Shown: positions 7,967 to 16,708, counted from the first letter of the stretch. The stretch is 27,596 nt of DNA from Candidatus Caldarchaeales archaeon (GCA_039630085.1 JBCNVM010000012.1:1-27596); one strand, 5' to 3'. Numbers and translations are program-made. Notes: generated by a model not told the origin, from the letters alone.

Positions 7967-9874
7967 TTGGTGGCTCGCCTGATGGCGGCGAGGGACATTC
8001 CGCCGGGGACGGGCCCCCTGCCCCTCGAGAAGAGGGTTGACCCGGATTGGTGGAAGCGGATCTTCAGCGATCTCTACCTCGTCACCGACGGCGACGTCGT
8101 CTGCAACAGGAGGCTCACGGAGCGCGAGGTCGACCTGATCGTCGAGCTCTTGGACCTGGACAGGGACGACCGCGTGCTCGACCTCTGCTGCGGCAACGGC
8201 AGGCACTCGCTGGAGCTCGCGAGGAGGGGCTTCGGGAACGTTCACGGGCTCGACTACTCGCGGGACCTGCTTCAGGTCGCTGAGGCGTCCGCATTCAGGG
8301 AGGGGCTCAGCGTGAGGTTTAGGAGAGGTGACGCGCGGCGCCTGCCCTACCGGGAAGACCAGTTCGACGCCGTGATCCTGATGGGCAACAGCTTCGGTTA
8401 CTTCCGGGACGAGCACGACGACCTCAGGGTCCTTAGGGAGGCTCACAGGGTCCTGAGGCCCTACGGGAAGCTGCTGATCGACGTCACCGACGGGGAGGCG
8501 TTCAGGGCGCAGCTCGCGCCGGTGAGGGCGGAGACACACGACGGCGCGGTGGTCGTGAGGCTGAGGGAGCTCTCCTCCGACGGCAAGAGGGTCTACACGA
8601 GGGAGATCGTGGTCTCGGGGGACGCGGTCCTCGCGGACCATGTCTACGGCATCAGGCTCTACGCGTTCGGGGAGCTTCGGGACCTGCTGCTGAGGGCCGG
8701 GTTCGCGAACGTCTCCCTCAGGGCTAGGCTGACCTACGACCCCGACGACAAGGACCCGGGGCTGATGGGCTCGAGGATGGTCGTGACCGCGCTCGCCGTG
8801 AAGCCAGCCCGCAGCGACGAGCGGAGGCCTTTGGTCGTTGTCCTGCTGGGAGACCCTAGGAGGCCCAACCCCGTCAAGCCCGGCGGGAGGTTCGACGAGG
8901 ACGACGAGGTCGCGGTCAACGAGCTCAAGTCGGTCCTTCACGGCATCAGGGAGTACAGGTTCGTCTTCCTGGACGACCACTCGGCGATGCTTAGGTTCCT
9001 CCAGGAGAACGCGGACTCGATCCACTTGGTGCTGAACCTCTGCGACGACGGCTTCCTCAACGACCCGCGGATGGAGGGTCACGTCGCCGCGATGTTGGAG
9101 GTCCTCGGCATCAAGTACACCGGGGCGGGACCTGCATGCCTGAGCATCTGCTACGACAAGTCGGCGGTCAAGGCTATCGCCAGGTCGATGGGCGTGCCGG
9201 TCCCCGATCACGCGCTGGTGCGGAACTCCGTCGACCTGAGAAGGGTGCCGGGGAGGCTCTTCCCGTGCATCGTCAAGCCGAACTTCGGCGACAACAGCTG
9301 GGGAATAACCGAGAGGAGCGTCGCGAGGGACAGAAGCGAACTCGAGGCGGCCGTGAGGTCGCTGAAGGACGAGTGGGGCTACGGGGGCCCGGTATTGGTC
9401 GAGAGGTTCGTCGAGGGCCGCGACCTCACGGTCTCGGTGATCGGCAACCCGCCCGACCTCGTCTTCCTTCCGGTCCTCGAGGAGGACTACTCGAGGCTGC
9501 CGGACGGCCTGCCCAGGATTCTGACCTACGACGCGAAGTGGAACCCGGGCTCGCCCTACGGTTCAGTCGAGTCAGTGCCCGCTAGGCTCCCCGACGGAGT
9601 CAGGAGGAGGCTCCTCGGGTGGAGCGGCGTCCTTTTCGAGAGGCTGGGCTGCAGGGACTACGCGAGGTTCGACTGGAGGCTCGACGCGGAGGGAAGGCTC
9701 TGGATGCTCGAGGCGAACCCGAACCCCGGATGGGTCTGGGACGGACACTTCAGGAAAGCCTGCAGGCAGGCTGGGTGGACCTACGGGAGGATGTTCAGGG
9801 AGATCATCCGTGCGGCTGAGCGCAGATACCGGCTCGGGTGCAGCGGCCGTCCGTTCAAGACGTCGAGTCCTTGA
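7967..9874 (+). CDS. Class I SAM methyltransferase fused to a D-Ala-D-Ala-ligase-like ATP-grasp domain
   Basis: N-terminal VLDLCCGNGRHS, GDARRLPY and MGNSFGYF. C-terminal LGIKYTGA, CYDK, FPCIVKPNFGDNSWGI, VLVERFVEGRD, CRDYARFDWR and LEANPNPG. The start could be 7967, 7970 or 7982. Confidence 0.9.
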   Translation: MVARLMAARDIPPGTGPLPLEKRVDPDWWKRIFSDLYLVTDGDVVCNRRLTEREVDLIVELLDLDRDDRVLDLCCGNGRHSLELARRGFGNVHGLDYSRDLLQVAEASAFREGLSVRFRRGDARRLPYREDQFDAVILMGNSFGYFRDEHDDLRVLREAHRVLRPYGKLLIDVTDGEAFRAQLAPVRAETHDGAVVVRLRELSSDGKRVYTREIVVSGDAVLADHVYGIRLYAFGELRDLLLRAGFANVSLRARLTYDPDDKDPGLMGSRMVVTALAVKPARSDERRPLVVVLLGDPRRPNPVKPGGRFDEDDEVAVNELKSVLHGIREYRFVFLDDHSAMLRFLQENADSIHLVLNLCDDGFLNDPRMEGHVAAMLEVLGIKYTGAGPACLSICYDKSAVKAIARSMGVPVPDHALVRNSVDLRRVPGRLFPCIVKPNFGDNSWGITERSVARDRSELEAAVRSLKDEWGYGGPVLVERFVEGRDLTVSVIGNPPDLVFLPVLEEDYSRLPDGLPRILTYDAKWNPGSPYGSVESVPARLPDGVRRRLLGWSGVLFERLGCRDYARFDWRLDAEGRLWMLEANPNPGWVWDGHFRKACRQAGWTYGRMFREIIRAAERRYRLGCSGRPFKTSSP

Positions 9875-10310
9875 GCCTGACCAGCTTCGTCCTGCCCCGC
9901 GGCTCGGTCTCGACGACGCCGCGCCTCTCGAGCTGTCTGACCAGCCTGTGCGCCCTCACCCTTGAGACCGCCAGCTCCCTCGCGATCTCCCTCTGCGTCA
10001 TCGGGCCCTTCGTCGAGAGCAGGTTGACGACCCTTCTCTCCTCCTCGAGAAGGCCGATCGCTCTGGGCTTGTTAGACGACCCCTGCGCGGCGGAGACCAA
10101 GACGAGCGCCACAGAGACCGCGAGCGCGAGGGCACCGACCAACACGAGGGCCCCCATCATGGGTCCGAGGGGCGCGAACCTGTGGCACATGGGACAGCTA
10201 ATCATCGCGTCCTGCGGAGAGTGCATCGAGAACATGACCACTACCGGGACCGCAAGCGAGACCAAGGACGCCACCGAGAGGTAAACGAGCAGGGCCCTGT
10301 GCACAGGCAA
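9855..10310 (-). CDS. Membrane-anchored winged-helix regulator (2 TM, loop with CPMCH, C-terminal MarR-like wHTH)
   Basis: Two hydrophobic segments followed by EEERRVVNLL...MTQREIARELAVSRVRAHRLVRQLERRGVVETEPRGRTKLVRL. Confidence 0.82.
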   Translation of the reverse strand: MPVHRALLVYLSVASLVSLAVPVVVMFSMHSPQDAMISCPMCHRFAPLGPMMGALVLVGALALAVSVALVLVSAAQGSSNKPRAIGLLEEERRVVNLLSTKGPMTQREIARELAVSRVRAHRLVRQLERRGVVETEPRGRTKLVRLKDSTS

Positions 10311-10429
10311 TCTAGCGTCGGCGTGCGGATAACTGTTGCTGGACTCGGCGGCGGTAACGACTTCGGGGACGCGCGGTGCACGGAGGCCGATCGGCCGAGG
10401 ACGCGGTCAGCGCTGGGCTCCGTGATATC

Positions 10430-10474
10430 TTTTTATTGACGCTGAAGGACCCAGTTTACGCAAACGGTGAGGAG
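10430..10474 (+). promoter_or_regulatory. TATA-like box and Shine-Dalgarno of alba
   Basis: TTTTTATT at 10430-10437, and GGTGAGGAG just before ATG 10478. Confidence 0.55.
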
Positions 10475-10477
10475 AGA

Positions 10478-10750
10478 ATGAGCAGCTCGGACGTGACCGT
10501 GCTAGTCGGAAAGAAGCCCGCGATGAGCTACGTGCTGGCGTGCCTGATAGCGCTGCAGCAGGGACAGAACATAACGCTGAAGGCCAGGGGGAGGGCGATA
10601 AGCAGGGCCGTCGACGTCGTCCAGATTCTGAGGAACAGGTTCCTGAGGGACCTGAAGGTGCACCAGATAAACTTGGGGACCGAGACGCTGAAGGGACAGG
10701 ACGGCCGCGACATCAACGTCAGCACGATCGAGATCAAGATCGGCCACTGA
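10478..10750 (+). CDS. albA: DNA/RNA-binding chromatin protein Alba
   Basis: Motifs VLVGKKPAMSYVLA, LKARGRAISRAVDV and NVSTIEI. The start is ATG 10478 (90 aa). Confidence 0.97.
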   Translation: MSSSDVTVLVGKKPAMSYVLACLIALQQGQNITLKARGRAISRAVDVVQILRNRFLRDLKVHQINLGTETLKGQDGRDINVSTIEIKIGH

Positions 10751-10794
10751 TCGACGAGGACGGTGCGTGGCGATGAGCTGGGGGATTCGAGGGG

Positions 10795-11343
10795 TTGAGG
10801 CTACTGGTTTGCGAGTTCGACGTCAAGACCGGCACCCTCTGCCCGAAGTGCGAGCCGCTGGTCTCCTCCGGCGCGCTCTCTCCGGAGGACCTTCGGGCGA
10901 TGAGGGAGCTGCTCGACGCGGAGCCCCAGTTCCCCCAGCTCAGGACCGCTGAGTACGTCAAAACGATCAGAGCGGGCGGAATTTTCTTTGTCTTCCTTCG
11001 CTCCCACACGGACCTGAAGCCCGTCAAGTCGAGGCTCGAGAGGCACCTATCATCGAGGATGGCAGCGCAGGTGAACGTGGTCGAGTACACCGGGAGCATC
11101 AACGAGCTGCTGGAGCAGCTGGTGAGGCCCGCGAGGGTTACCGGAATAAGCAGGGTCTGGCTCCCGGACGGCACCGAGCAGCTGCTCGTCAAGGTTGACA
11201 GGATGTCCTCGGTGACGATAGGCGTCGACAGGGTCAACGACGTCGTTAAGGCACTAAGGGGCATAGAGGTGGTGATAGAGGAGGCCGGGCGAGTCAGCCC
11301 AGAAGCCCCACGTATCTGTGGGCGCCGTCGGGGAGAACCGTGA
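10795..11343 (+). CDS. Archaeal NusA-like KH-domain protein with N-terminal zinc knuckle
   Basis: N-terminal CEFDVKTGTLCPKC, then VNVVE...LVRPARVTGISRVWLPDG. From recall, this family often follows alba. Confidence 0.78.
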   Translation: MRLLVCEFDVKTGTLCPKCEPLVSSGALSPEDLRAMRELLDAEPQFPQLRTAEYVKTIRAGGIFFVFLRSHTDLKPVKSRLERHLSSRMAAQVNVVEYTGSINELLEQLVRPARVTGISRVWLPDGTEQLLVKVDRMSSVTIGVDRVNDVVKALRGIEVVIEEAGRVSPEAPRICGRRRGEP

Positions 11344-12187
11344 CCACGACGCCCTCGTCGAGCTCCCTGGCGACCGAGAGGGCCGCGTAGACGTTCGCGC
11401 CAGACGACGGCCCCACCAGCAGCCCGTGTCTCTTCGCCAGGAGCCTCGCGGTGCCGTAGGCGTCCTCTGTCCTGACGAAGACCCTCTCGTCCGCGAAGCC
11501 CTCGTCGTAGATCTTCGGGACGATGGCGTTGCCCATGTTCTTGAGGCCCTCGATGCCGTGGAGCGGCTCGGCCGGCTGGACCTCTATCAGCTTCACGCTC
11601 CTCACGACCTCCCTCAGCCTCCTGCCCGCGCCCATTAGGGTACCGGATGTCCCGACGCCGGCGACGAAGTGCGTCACCCTGCCGCCCGTCTGCTCGACGA
11701 TCTCCGGCCCGGTCGTCTCGTAGTGGGCCCTGACGTTGGAGGGGTTGTCGTACTGGTTGGCGTAGAAGTACCTCTTAGGGTCGGACTCGCAGAGCTCGCG
11801 CGCCCTCCTGATCGCGCCGTCGATCCCCTCGAGCGGGTCGGTCACGATCACCTCAGAGCCCAAATACTTCAGGAGCGAGAGCTTCTGCTGGCTGACGCTG
11901 CCAGGGACCACCAGCGTCACGCCTATCCCCAAGGCCGCGCCGACGAGGGCCAGCCCTAGCCCCATGTTCCCCGAGGTCGCGTCGAGTATCCTCTTCTCGG
12001 GCGTGAGCGCGCCGCCCCTCAGCGCGTCCATCACGATGTAGAGCGCCGGCCTGTCCTTCACGGACCCTCCGGGGTTCATGAACTCGGCCTTCGCCATCAG
12101 CCGCACCCTCCCCTTCCCCGGGAGGAGGGCCGTGAGGTCGATCATCGGTGTCCTCCCTATCGCGCTCAGCACCCCCGGGAGCTCCAT
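11294..12187 (-). CDS. cysM: PLP-dependent cysteine synthase (CysM/CysK family)
   Basis: Motifs IGRTPM, KAEFMNPGGSVKDR (PLP lysine), ATSGNMG, NQYDNPSN, HYETTGPEI, GVGTSGT, HGIEGLKNM and GPSSGAN. Confidence 0.93.
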   Translation of the reverse strand: MELPGVLSAIGRTPMIDLTALLPGKGRVRLMAKAEFMNPGGSVKDRPALYIVMDALRGGALTPEKRILDATSGNMGLGLALVGAALGIGVTLVVPGSVSQQKLSLLKYLGSEVIVTDPLEGIDGAIRRARELCESDPKRYFYANQYDNPSNVRAHYETTGPEIVEQTGGRVTHFVAGVGTSGTLMGAGRRLREVVRSVKLIEVQPAEPLHGIEGLKNMGNAIVPKIYDEGFADERVFVRTEDAYGTARLLAKRHGLLVGPSSGANVYAALSVARELDEGVVVTVLPDGAHRYVGLLG

Positions 12188-12199
12188 CGCTGCGATGAG

Positions 12200-12216
12200 T
12201 ATAATGCCGTTATAAT
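12200..12216. promoter_or_regulatory. Tandem TATAAT boxes in the divergent cysM/SagB-like intergenic region
   Basis: TATAAT occurs at 12200-12205 and 12211-12216. On the minus strand the second reads ATTATAA, about 25 nt before the cysM ATG. Confidence 0.5.
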
Positions 12217-12273
12217 TTCAAGGTAAGCCGACGGCCCGGAACCGTCTTATCAGGACGGAGGCGGCTTCGAGGC

Positions 12274-13848
12274 GTGGGGAACTGGGACCCGGCCGCGGCG
12301 CTGGAGTATCACGAGGCGACGAAGCACAGCTACGTCTCGGTGAGGATGCCCGGGAGAGGGCTCGACTGGGAGAACTTCCCGTATCCGTTCAAGGTTTACC
12401 CCGACGCGCCGAAGGTCGAGCTCCCGAGCTCCTTCCCGTCGCCGGCGCCGAGCGTCCTCGAGGCCTTTGGGGGCTCCGTCCCTCTCACCAAAAGGGTGTT
12501 GGAGCTGGACCTGATCGCCGAGTTGCTCTTCTACAGCGCTGGAATTACCAGAATTAAGGATTACGGGTGGGGGAGGGTCTACTTCAGGGCCGCGCCGGCC
12601 ACAGGAAACCTCCACGAGACTGAGCTCTACCTGGTCGTCGGGGGAGGGGGAGAGCTCGAGCCGGGCGTTTATCACTTCGACCCGTGCGAGTTCTCGCTCT
12701 CGCAGCTCAGGCGCGGCGACTTCAGGGAGAGGCTCTCGAGGTCGACGCTCTCGCCGGAGATCGGGTACTCGGGACTCTCGATCGTGCTGAGCTCGGTCGC
12801 GTGGAGGAACGCGTGGAAGTACGGACCCAGGTCCTACAGGCACTGGTTCTGGGACGGAGGCGCGCTCTGCGCGAACCTGCTGGCCGTCTCGAGGGCCGAG
12901 GGGCTGGAGCCGGAGGTGCTGATGGGGTTCGTGGACGAGGAGGTCAACGCTCTGATCGGCGCCGAGCCACCGAGGGAGGCGGCGATAGCGGTGGTGGTCC
13001 TGAAGGGGATCGAGTCGAGTCCCCCGGGCTCGAGCCCGCCCACCGACCCGATTCGTTACCGGCCGATGCCCTACTCGAGGCGCGAGGTCCAGTACAGGGA
13101 GATCGCGGAGGCCCACGCCTCCTCCTGCCTTCGCGACGCCGACGAGGTGGCGAAGTGGAGGGAAGGTGTGAGGAGGCTGAGGCCGACCGGCGACTTTGAG
13201 CCCCCTGCGGCCAGCGGGCTGCGGAGCGACCTGCGCCCCTTACCGCTCGGCGAGGCGATCCTGCTACGGGGCTCCACAAGGAAGTTCTCCCGGACAGCAA
13301 TCCGCGGCGAGGTGCTGCGGGCCGTGACGAGGGCGATCAGCGCTCCGATCGAGGCCGACTTCGTCCCGAGAGGGCTGCCGACGCTGCTGGAGCGGTTCGC
13401 GATCGTGAACGCGGTCGATGGACTCGACCCGGGCTCCTACCTACATGAGCTCGGGAGCTGCGAGCTCCGCCTCCTCAGGCCCGGGAACTTCAGGAGGGTC
13501 GCGGGGTACCTCTGCCTGGAGCAGAGCCTGGGGAGCGACGCCTCGGTCGTCCTCTTCCTGATGGCGAGGCTCGGGGAGGTCCTCGGACACACGGGCAACA
13601 GGGGCTACAGGGCGGTCCAGTTCGAGGCAGGAATAAGGGTCGGACATGCGTACTTGGTCGCGTACTCGCTCGGGATCGGTGCGACTGGGCTGACGTTCTA
13701 CGACGACGATGTCCGGGAGTTCTTCGCGCCTGCCTCCAACGGCATGGAGAACATGATGGTGGCGGCGCTGGGGAACCCGTCCTACAGGTCCAGGCCCGGC
13801 AAGGTCCACCTCCGGGACTGCAGGCACCCGGCCTCGGAGAGGGCGTGA
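12274..13848 (+). CDS. SagB/ThcOx-family dehydrogenase with two nitroreductase-fold domains
   Basis: Motifs YHEATKH, LDWENFPYPFKVY, RAAPATGNLH, WRNAWKYGPRSYRH and GFVDEEVN. The second domain has ILLRGSTRKF, RGYRAVQFEAG and GIGATGLTFYDD. Confidence 0.9.
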   Translation: MGNWDPAAALEYHEATKHSYVSVRMPGRGLDWENFPYPFKVYPDAPKVELPSSFPSPAPSVLEAFGGSVPLTKRVLELDLIAELLFYSAGITRIKDYGWGRVYFRAAPATGNLHETELYLVVGGGGELEPGVYHFDPCEFSLSQLRRGDFRERLSRSTLSPEIGYSGLSIVLSSVAWRNAWKYGPRSYRHWFWDGGALCANLLAVSRAEGLEPEVLMGFVDEEVNALIGAEPPREAAIAVVVLKGIESSPPGSSPPTDPIRYRPMPYSRREVQYREIAEAHASSCLRDADEVAKWREGVRRLRPTGDFEPPAASGLRSDLRPLPLGEAILLRGSTRKFSRTAIRGEVLRAVTRAISAPIEADFVPRGLPTLLERFAIVNAVDGLDPGSYLHELGSCELRLLRPGNFRRVAGYLCLEQSLGSDASVVLFLMARLGEVLGHTGNRGYRAVQFEAGIRVGHAYLVAYSLGIGATGLTFYDDDVREFFAPASNGMENMMVAALGNPSYRSRPGKVHLRDCRHPASERA

Positions 13849-13886
13849 GGTCGCTCCTTTACCGTTATATGGGATGAGTCAGCACT

Positions 13887-14465
13887 ATGGGTATGGTGAT
13901 GGACTCCAAGGTGAGGGCGATCACGAGGAGAGAAGTGGTCACGATCGACGAGGGCTCGACGGTCGAGGAGGCCGCGAAGCTGATGGGCTCAAAGGGGATC
14001 GGCGCGCTAGCGGTGACGAGGGAAGGGAGGATCGTGGGGATCATCACGGAGAGGGACGTCCTCAAGCGCGTCGTCGCCGAGGGGAGGGACCCCAAGCTCA
14101 CGAAGGTGAGGGACGTGATGACCTCGCCGCCGATAACCGTCGGCCCCGACACGGCCATCAGGGAGGCGATAGACTTGATGAACAGGAAGAGGATAAGGAG
14201 GCTGCTGGTCGAGGAAGCGGGCAGGATCGTGGGGATCTTCACGCAGAGGGACATCCTCGCCCTCACGAGGATCTGCCTCTACTGCACCAAGGAGATCTCG
14301 CTGCTCGCGCCCACCGGGAACGGCGAGCCGCTGATCGTCTGCGGATGCGGTGCGATGTACCACAGGTCCTGCGCCGCGACCGTCGTTTACTGCCTCGACT
14401 GCTCCGTGAAGCTGGTCGAACCGGTGAGAGTGCCCGCGCCGGAGGACACGCTTGCCGCCGACTGA
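13887..14465 (+). CDS. CBS-pair protein with C-terminal C4HC3 RING/PHD-like zinc finger
   Basis: CBS motifs VGIITERD, VRDVMTSP and VGIFTQRD, then C-x2-C-x18-C-x-C-x4-H-x2-C-x6-C-x2-C. TTATAT at 13865-13870. The start could be 13887, 13893 or 13899. Confidence 0.9.
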   Translation: MGMVMDSKVRAITRREVVTIDEGSTVEEAAKLMGSKGIGALAVTREGRIVGIITERDVLKRVVAEGRDPKLTKVRDVMTSPPITVGPDTAIREAIDLMNRKRIRRLLVEEAGRIVGIFTQRDILALTRICLYCTKEISLLAPTGNGEPLIVCGCGAMYHRSCAATVVYCLDCSVKLVEPVRVPAPEDTLAAD

Positions 14466-14553
14466 ACCGCAGGTCAGACGCGAAAGGGACCGAATCCCAG
14501 GCGCGAGGGACTCGGTTGATATACGGGCGGTAGGGGAGAGCGGCGGGAGCGAA

Positions 14554-16113
14554 TTGACGTCTCAGGTGAGATTCGAGGAGATCAGCCCAGCTGACTTCTT
14601 CTACAGGAACAGGGACTTGGCGGGCTTCACCAACCCCGCGAGGTCCCTCTACATGTGCATAAGGGAGCTGGTGGAGAACAGCCTCGACGCCACCGAGATC
14701 ATCAAGGTCCCCCCGAACGTGTGGGTGCAGCTCGAGCCCGCCGACGAGCAGAACGAGCGGATCCTCAGGCTGACCGTCAGGGACAACGGGATCGGCGTCG
14801 AGGGCGACAAGATACCGAAGGCCTTCGGGACCGTCCTCTACGGGAGCAAGTACGGGTTCAAGCAGTCCAGGGGGACTTTCGGTGTCGGCGGGACGATGGC
14901 CCTCCTCTACGGCCAGATCACCACGAACCAGGCGTTCACGATCACCTCCAGCACCGGAGGGAAGGAGATCCACGAGTACAGGATGATGATAGACATCGTC
15001 GAGAACAAGCCCAAGGTCCTCGAGCACAACATCCTCCCGAACCAGAAGGGGTGGAGGGGGACCGCAGTTAGGGTGACGCTCGAGGGCGACTACGCGGGGA
15101 GCAGGTCCAAGATCCTCGAGTACTTCACGATGACCGCGGTCGTCAACGCCCACGCCAACATCGTCTTCGTCGACCCGAAGTACAGGACCTACGTCTTCAG
15201 GAGGGCGATCGAGGACGTCCCCGAGCCTCCGAGGGAGGGGAAGCCGCACCCCTTAGGCGTAGACGTCGAGACGGTGAACAGGCTTCTGGCGAACACCAGG
15301 TCGAGGGACATCAAGTCCTTCCTCACGTCGGAGTTCCAGAGGGTGGGACCGAAGACCGCGGAGGAGGTCCTGGAGCTCGCTGGGATAGAACCGAGCAGGA
15401 GGGTCAAGGAGATCACCCACGACGAGGTCACCAGGCTCGTCGAGGCCTTCAAGAACTACGGGAAGTTCAGGGCTCCCGAGACCGGCACCATCAGCCCCGT
15501 CGGGACCAAGTTCATCGAGGCCGGCCTGAAGGCGATCTACAGGCCTGAGTTCCTCCACGTGGTCCAGAGGCCCCCCTCCAGCTACTCCGGGATACCCTTC
15601 GTCGTCGAGGCCGCGATCGCCTACGGCGGGGCCATCGAGCCCTCCGAGGAGATCCACCTGCTCAGGTTCGCGAACAAGATACCCCTCCTCTATGACGAGA
15701 AGGCGGACGTCTCGTGGAAGGTCATCTCCGAGAGGATCGACTGGAGCGCGTACAAGGTCCAGAGGGGGATGCCGGTGCTGGTCCTCACGAGCCTCTGCTC
15801 CCCCAAGGTCCCCTACAAGACGGTGGGGAAGGAGGCGATCTCCGACAGGCCCGAGATCGAGAGGGAGCTGACGATCGCGATCAGGGAATGCGCTAGGGAG
15901 CTGAGGCTCTACCTCAGCAGGCTCGAGAAGCGGGAGGCCGCGAAGAGGAGGCTCAGCGTCTACGCCAGGTACCTGCCGATGATCGCGAAGAACGCCGCCT
16001 ACGTGGCCGGGGCATCTCCACCGGACGTCATGCCGCTCCTGAAGTCGATCGGCGTCACGGCGAAGATGGTCGAGGAGGAGGCGAAGGCCCTCGCCGAGGA
16101 GCTAGCCTCCTGA
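14554..16113 (+). CDS. top6B: DNA topoisomerase VI subunit B
   Basis: ISPADFFYRNRDLAGF, GHKL motifs RELVENSLDA, DNGIG and QSRGTFGVG, then KPHPLGVD, PFVVEA, RFANKIPLLYD and KVPYKTVGKE. TTG 14554 is preferred over the ORF-track start at 14452. Confidence 0.97.
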   Translation: MTSQVRFEEISPADFFYRNRDLAGFTNPARSLYMCIRELVENSLDATEIIKVPPNVWVQLEPADEQNERILRLTVRDNGIGVEGDKIPKAFGTVLYGSKYGFKQSRGTFGVGGTMALLYGQITTNQAFTITSSTGGKEIHEYRMMIDIVENKPKVLEHNILPNQKGWRGTAVRVTLEGDYAGSRSKILEYFTMTAVVNAHANIVFVDPKYRTYVFRRAIEDVPEPPREGKPHPLGVDVETVNRLLANTRSRDIKSFLTSEFQRVGPKTAEEVLELAGIEPSRRVKEITHDEVTRLVEAFKNYGKFRAPETGTISPVGTKFIEAGLKAIYRPEFLHVVQRPPSSYSGIPFVVEAAIAYGGAIEPSEEIHLLRFANKIPLLYDEKADVSWKVISERIDWSAYKVQRGMPVLVLTSLCSPKVPYKTVGKEAISDRPEIERELTIAIRECARELRLYLSRLEKREAAKRRLSVYARYLPMIAKNAAYVAGASPPDVMPLLKSIGVTAKMVEEEAKALAEELAS

Positions 16114-16708
16114 CCGCTACGAACGCCGCGTAGGCCAGAACCACCGCGAGCGTCAGCCAACCGATCAAGTCGACGTAGTCCAGGATCACGTCCACGAGCG
16201 CCTCGCCGTAGACCGAGAGGACGACGCTCACCGGCATGAACCTCGCCGCCCTCCCTATCGCCGCTGCGACCACGAAACCCCTGACGTCCCTCATCCCCAA
16301 GGCGCCGGCACCGATCGTGAAGACCTTGAACGGGAGGGGGGTGAAGGCCGCGAGGCCGACCGCGAGGGCTCCGTACCTGTCGAAGTATCGCTCCAGCGAG
16401 GAGACGTTCCGCTTGCCCGCGACCCTCAGGAGCAGGGGCCTCCCGAACCTCCTCCCGAGGTAGTAGCCCACGAGCCCTCCCGCGACGGAGAAGACGACGG
16501 TTATCACGCCGTAGAGGACGCCGTTCGGGGGGTCCAGCAGGACCAGGGGCACGAGGAGGGCATCTGGCGGGACTGGGAAGAAGATCGCCTCGATGAAGGA
16601 GAGGAAGGCCAGTCCGAGGGGCCCAACGTGGAGGAGGTGGTTCCTCGAGAACTCGATCATCGCCTCGACGATCTCCCTGAGCAACGCCAGCCCTACATCC
16701 CCGCTCAC
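16055..16708 (-). CDS. DedA/VTT (YqaA-like) membrane protein
   Basis: Motifs LSFIEAIFFPVPPD, GGLVGYYLGR, AAFTPLPFKVFTIGAG and IGRAARF. Confidence 0.92.
   Translation of the reverse strand: MSGDVGLALLREIVEAMIEFSRNHLLHVGPLGLAFLSFIEAIFFPVPPDALLVPLVLLDPPNGVLYGVITVVFSVAGGLVGYYLGRRFGRPLLLRVAGKRNVSSLERYFDRYGALAVGLAAFTPLPFKVFTIGAGALGMRDVRGFVVAAAIGRAARFMPVSVVLSVYGEALVDVILDYVDLIGWLTLAVVLAYAAFVAVRRLAPRRGPSPPPRPSSP

Noticed and set aside
7640-9211. 523-aa minus-strand ORF and many other long antisense or alternate-frame ORFs (e.g. 2524-3546, 14263-15249, 20389-21351)
   Set aside because: These are shadow ORFs of recognisable genes caused by high GC3. They have no motifs and a biased composition.
10378-10424. 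Inverted repeat CACGGAG...CTCCGTG and palindrome GGCCGATCGGCC upstream of alba
   Set aside because: Short GC-rich palindromes are expected by chance here. There are no tRNA or sRNA hallmarks, although an operator cannot be excluded.
10745-10800. Possible C/D box sRNA (CGATGA, CTGA-like words) here and at 232-285 and 7775-7900
   Set aside because: No canonical RTGATGA...CTGA pair with proper guide spacing was found.
14452-14553. N-terminal extension of Top6B
   Set aside because: Homology begins at about 14554 and a TATA-like TTGATATA lies inside the extension.
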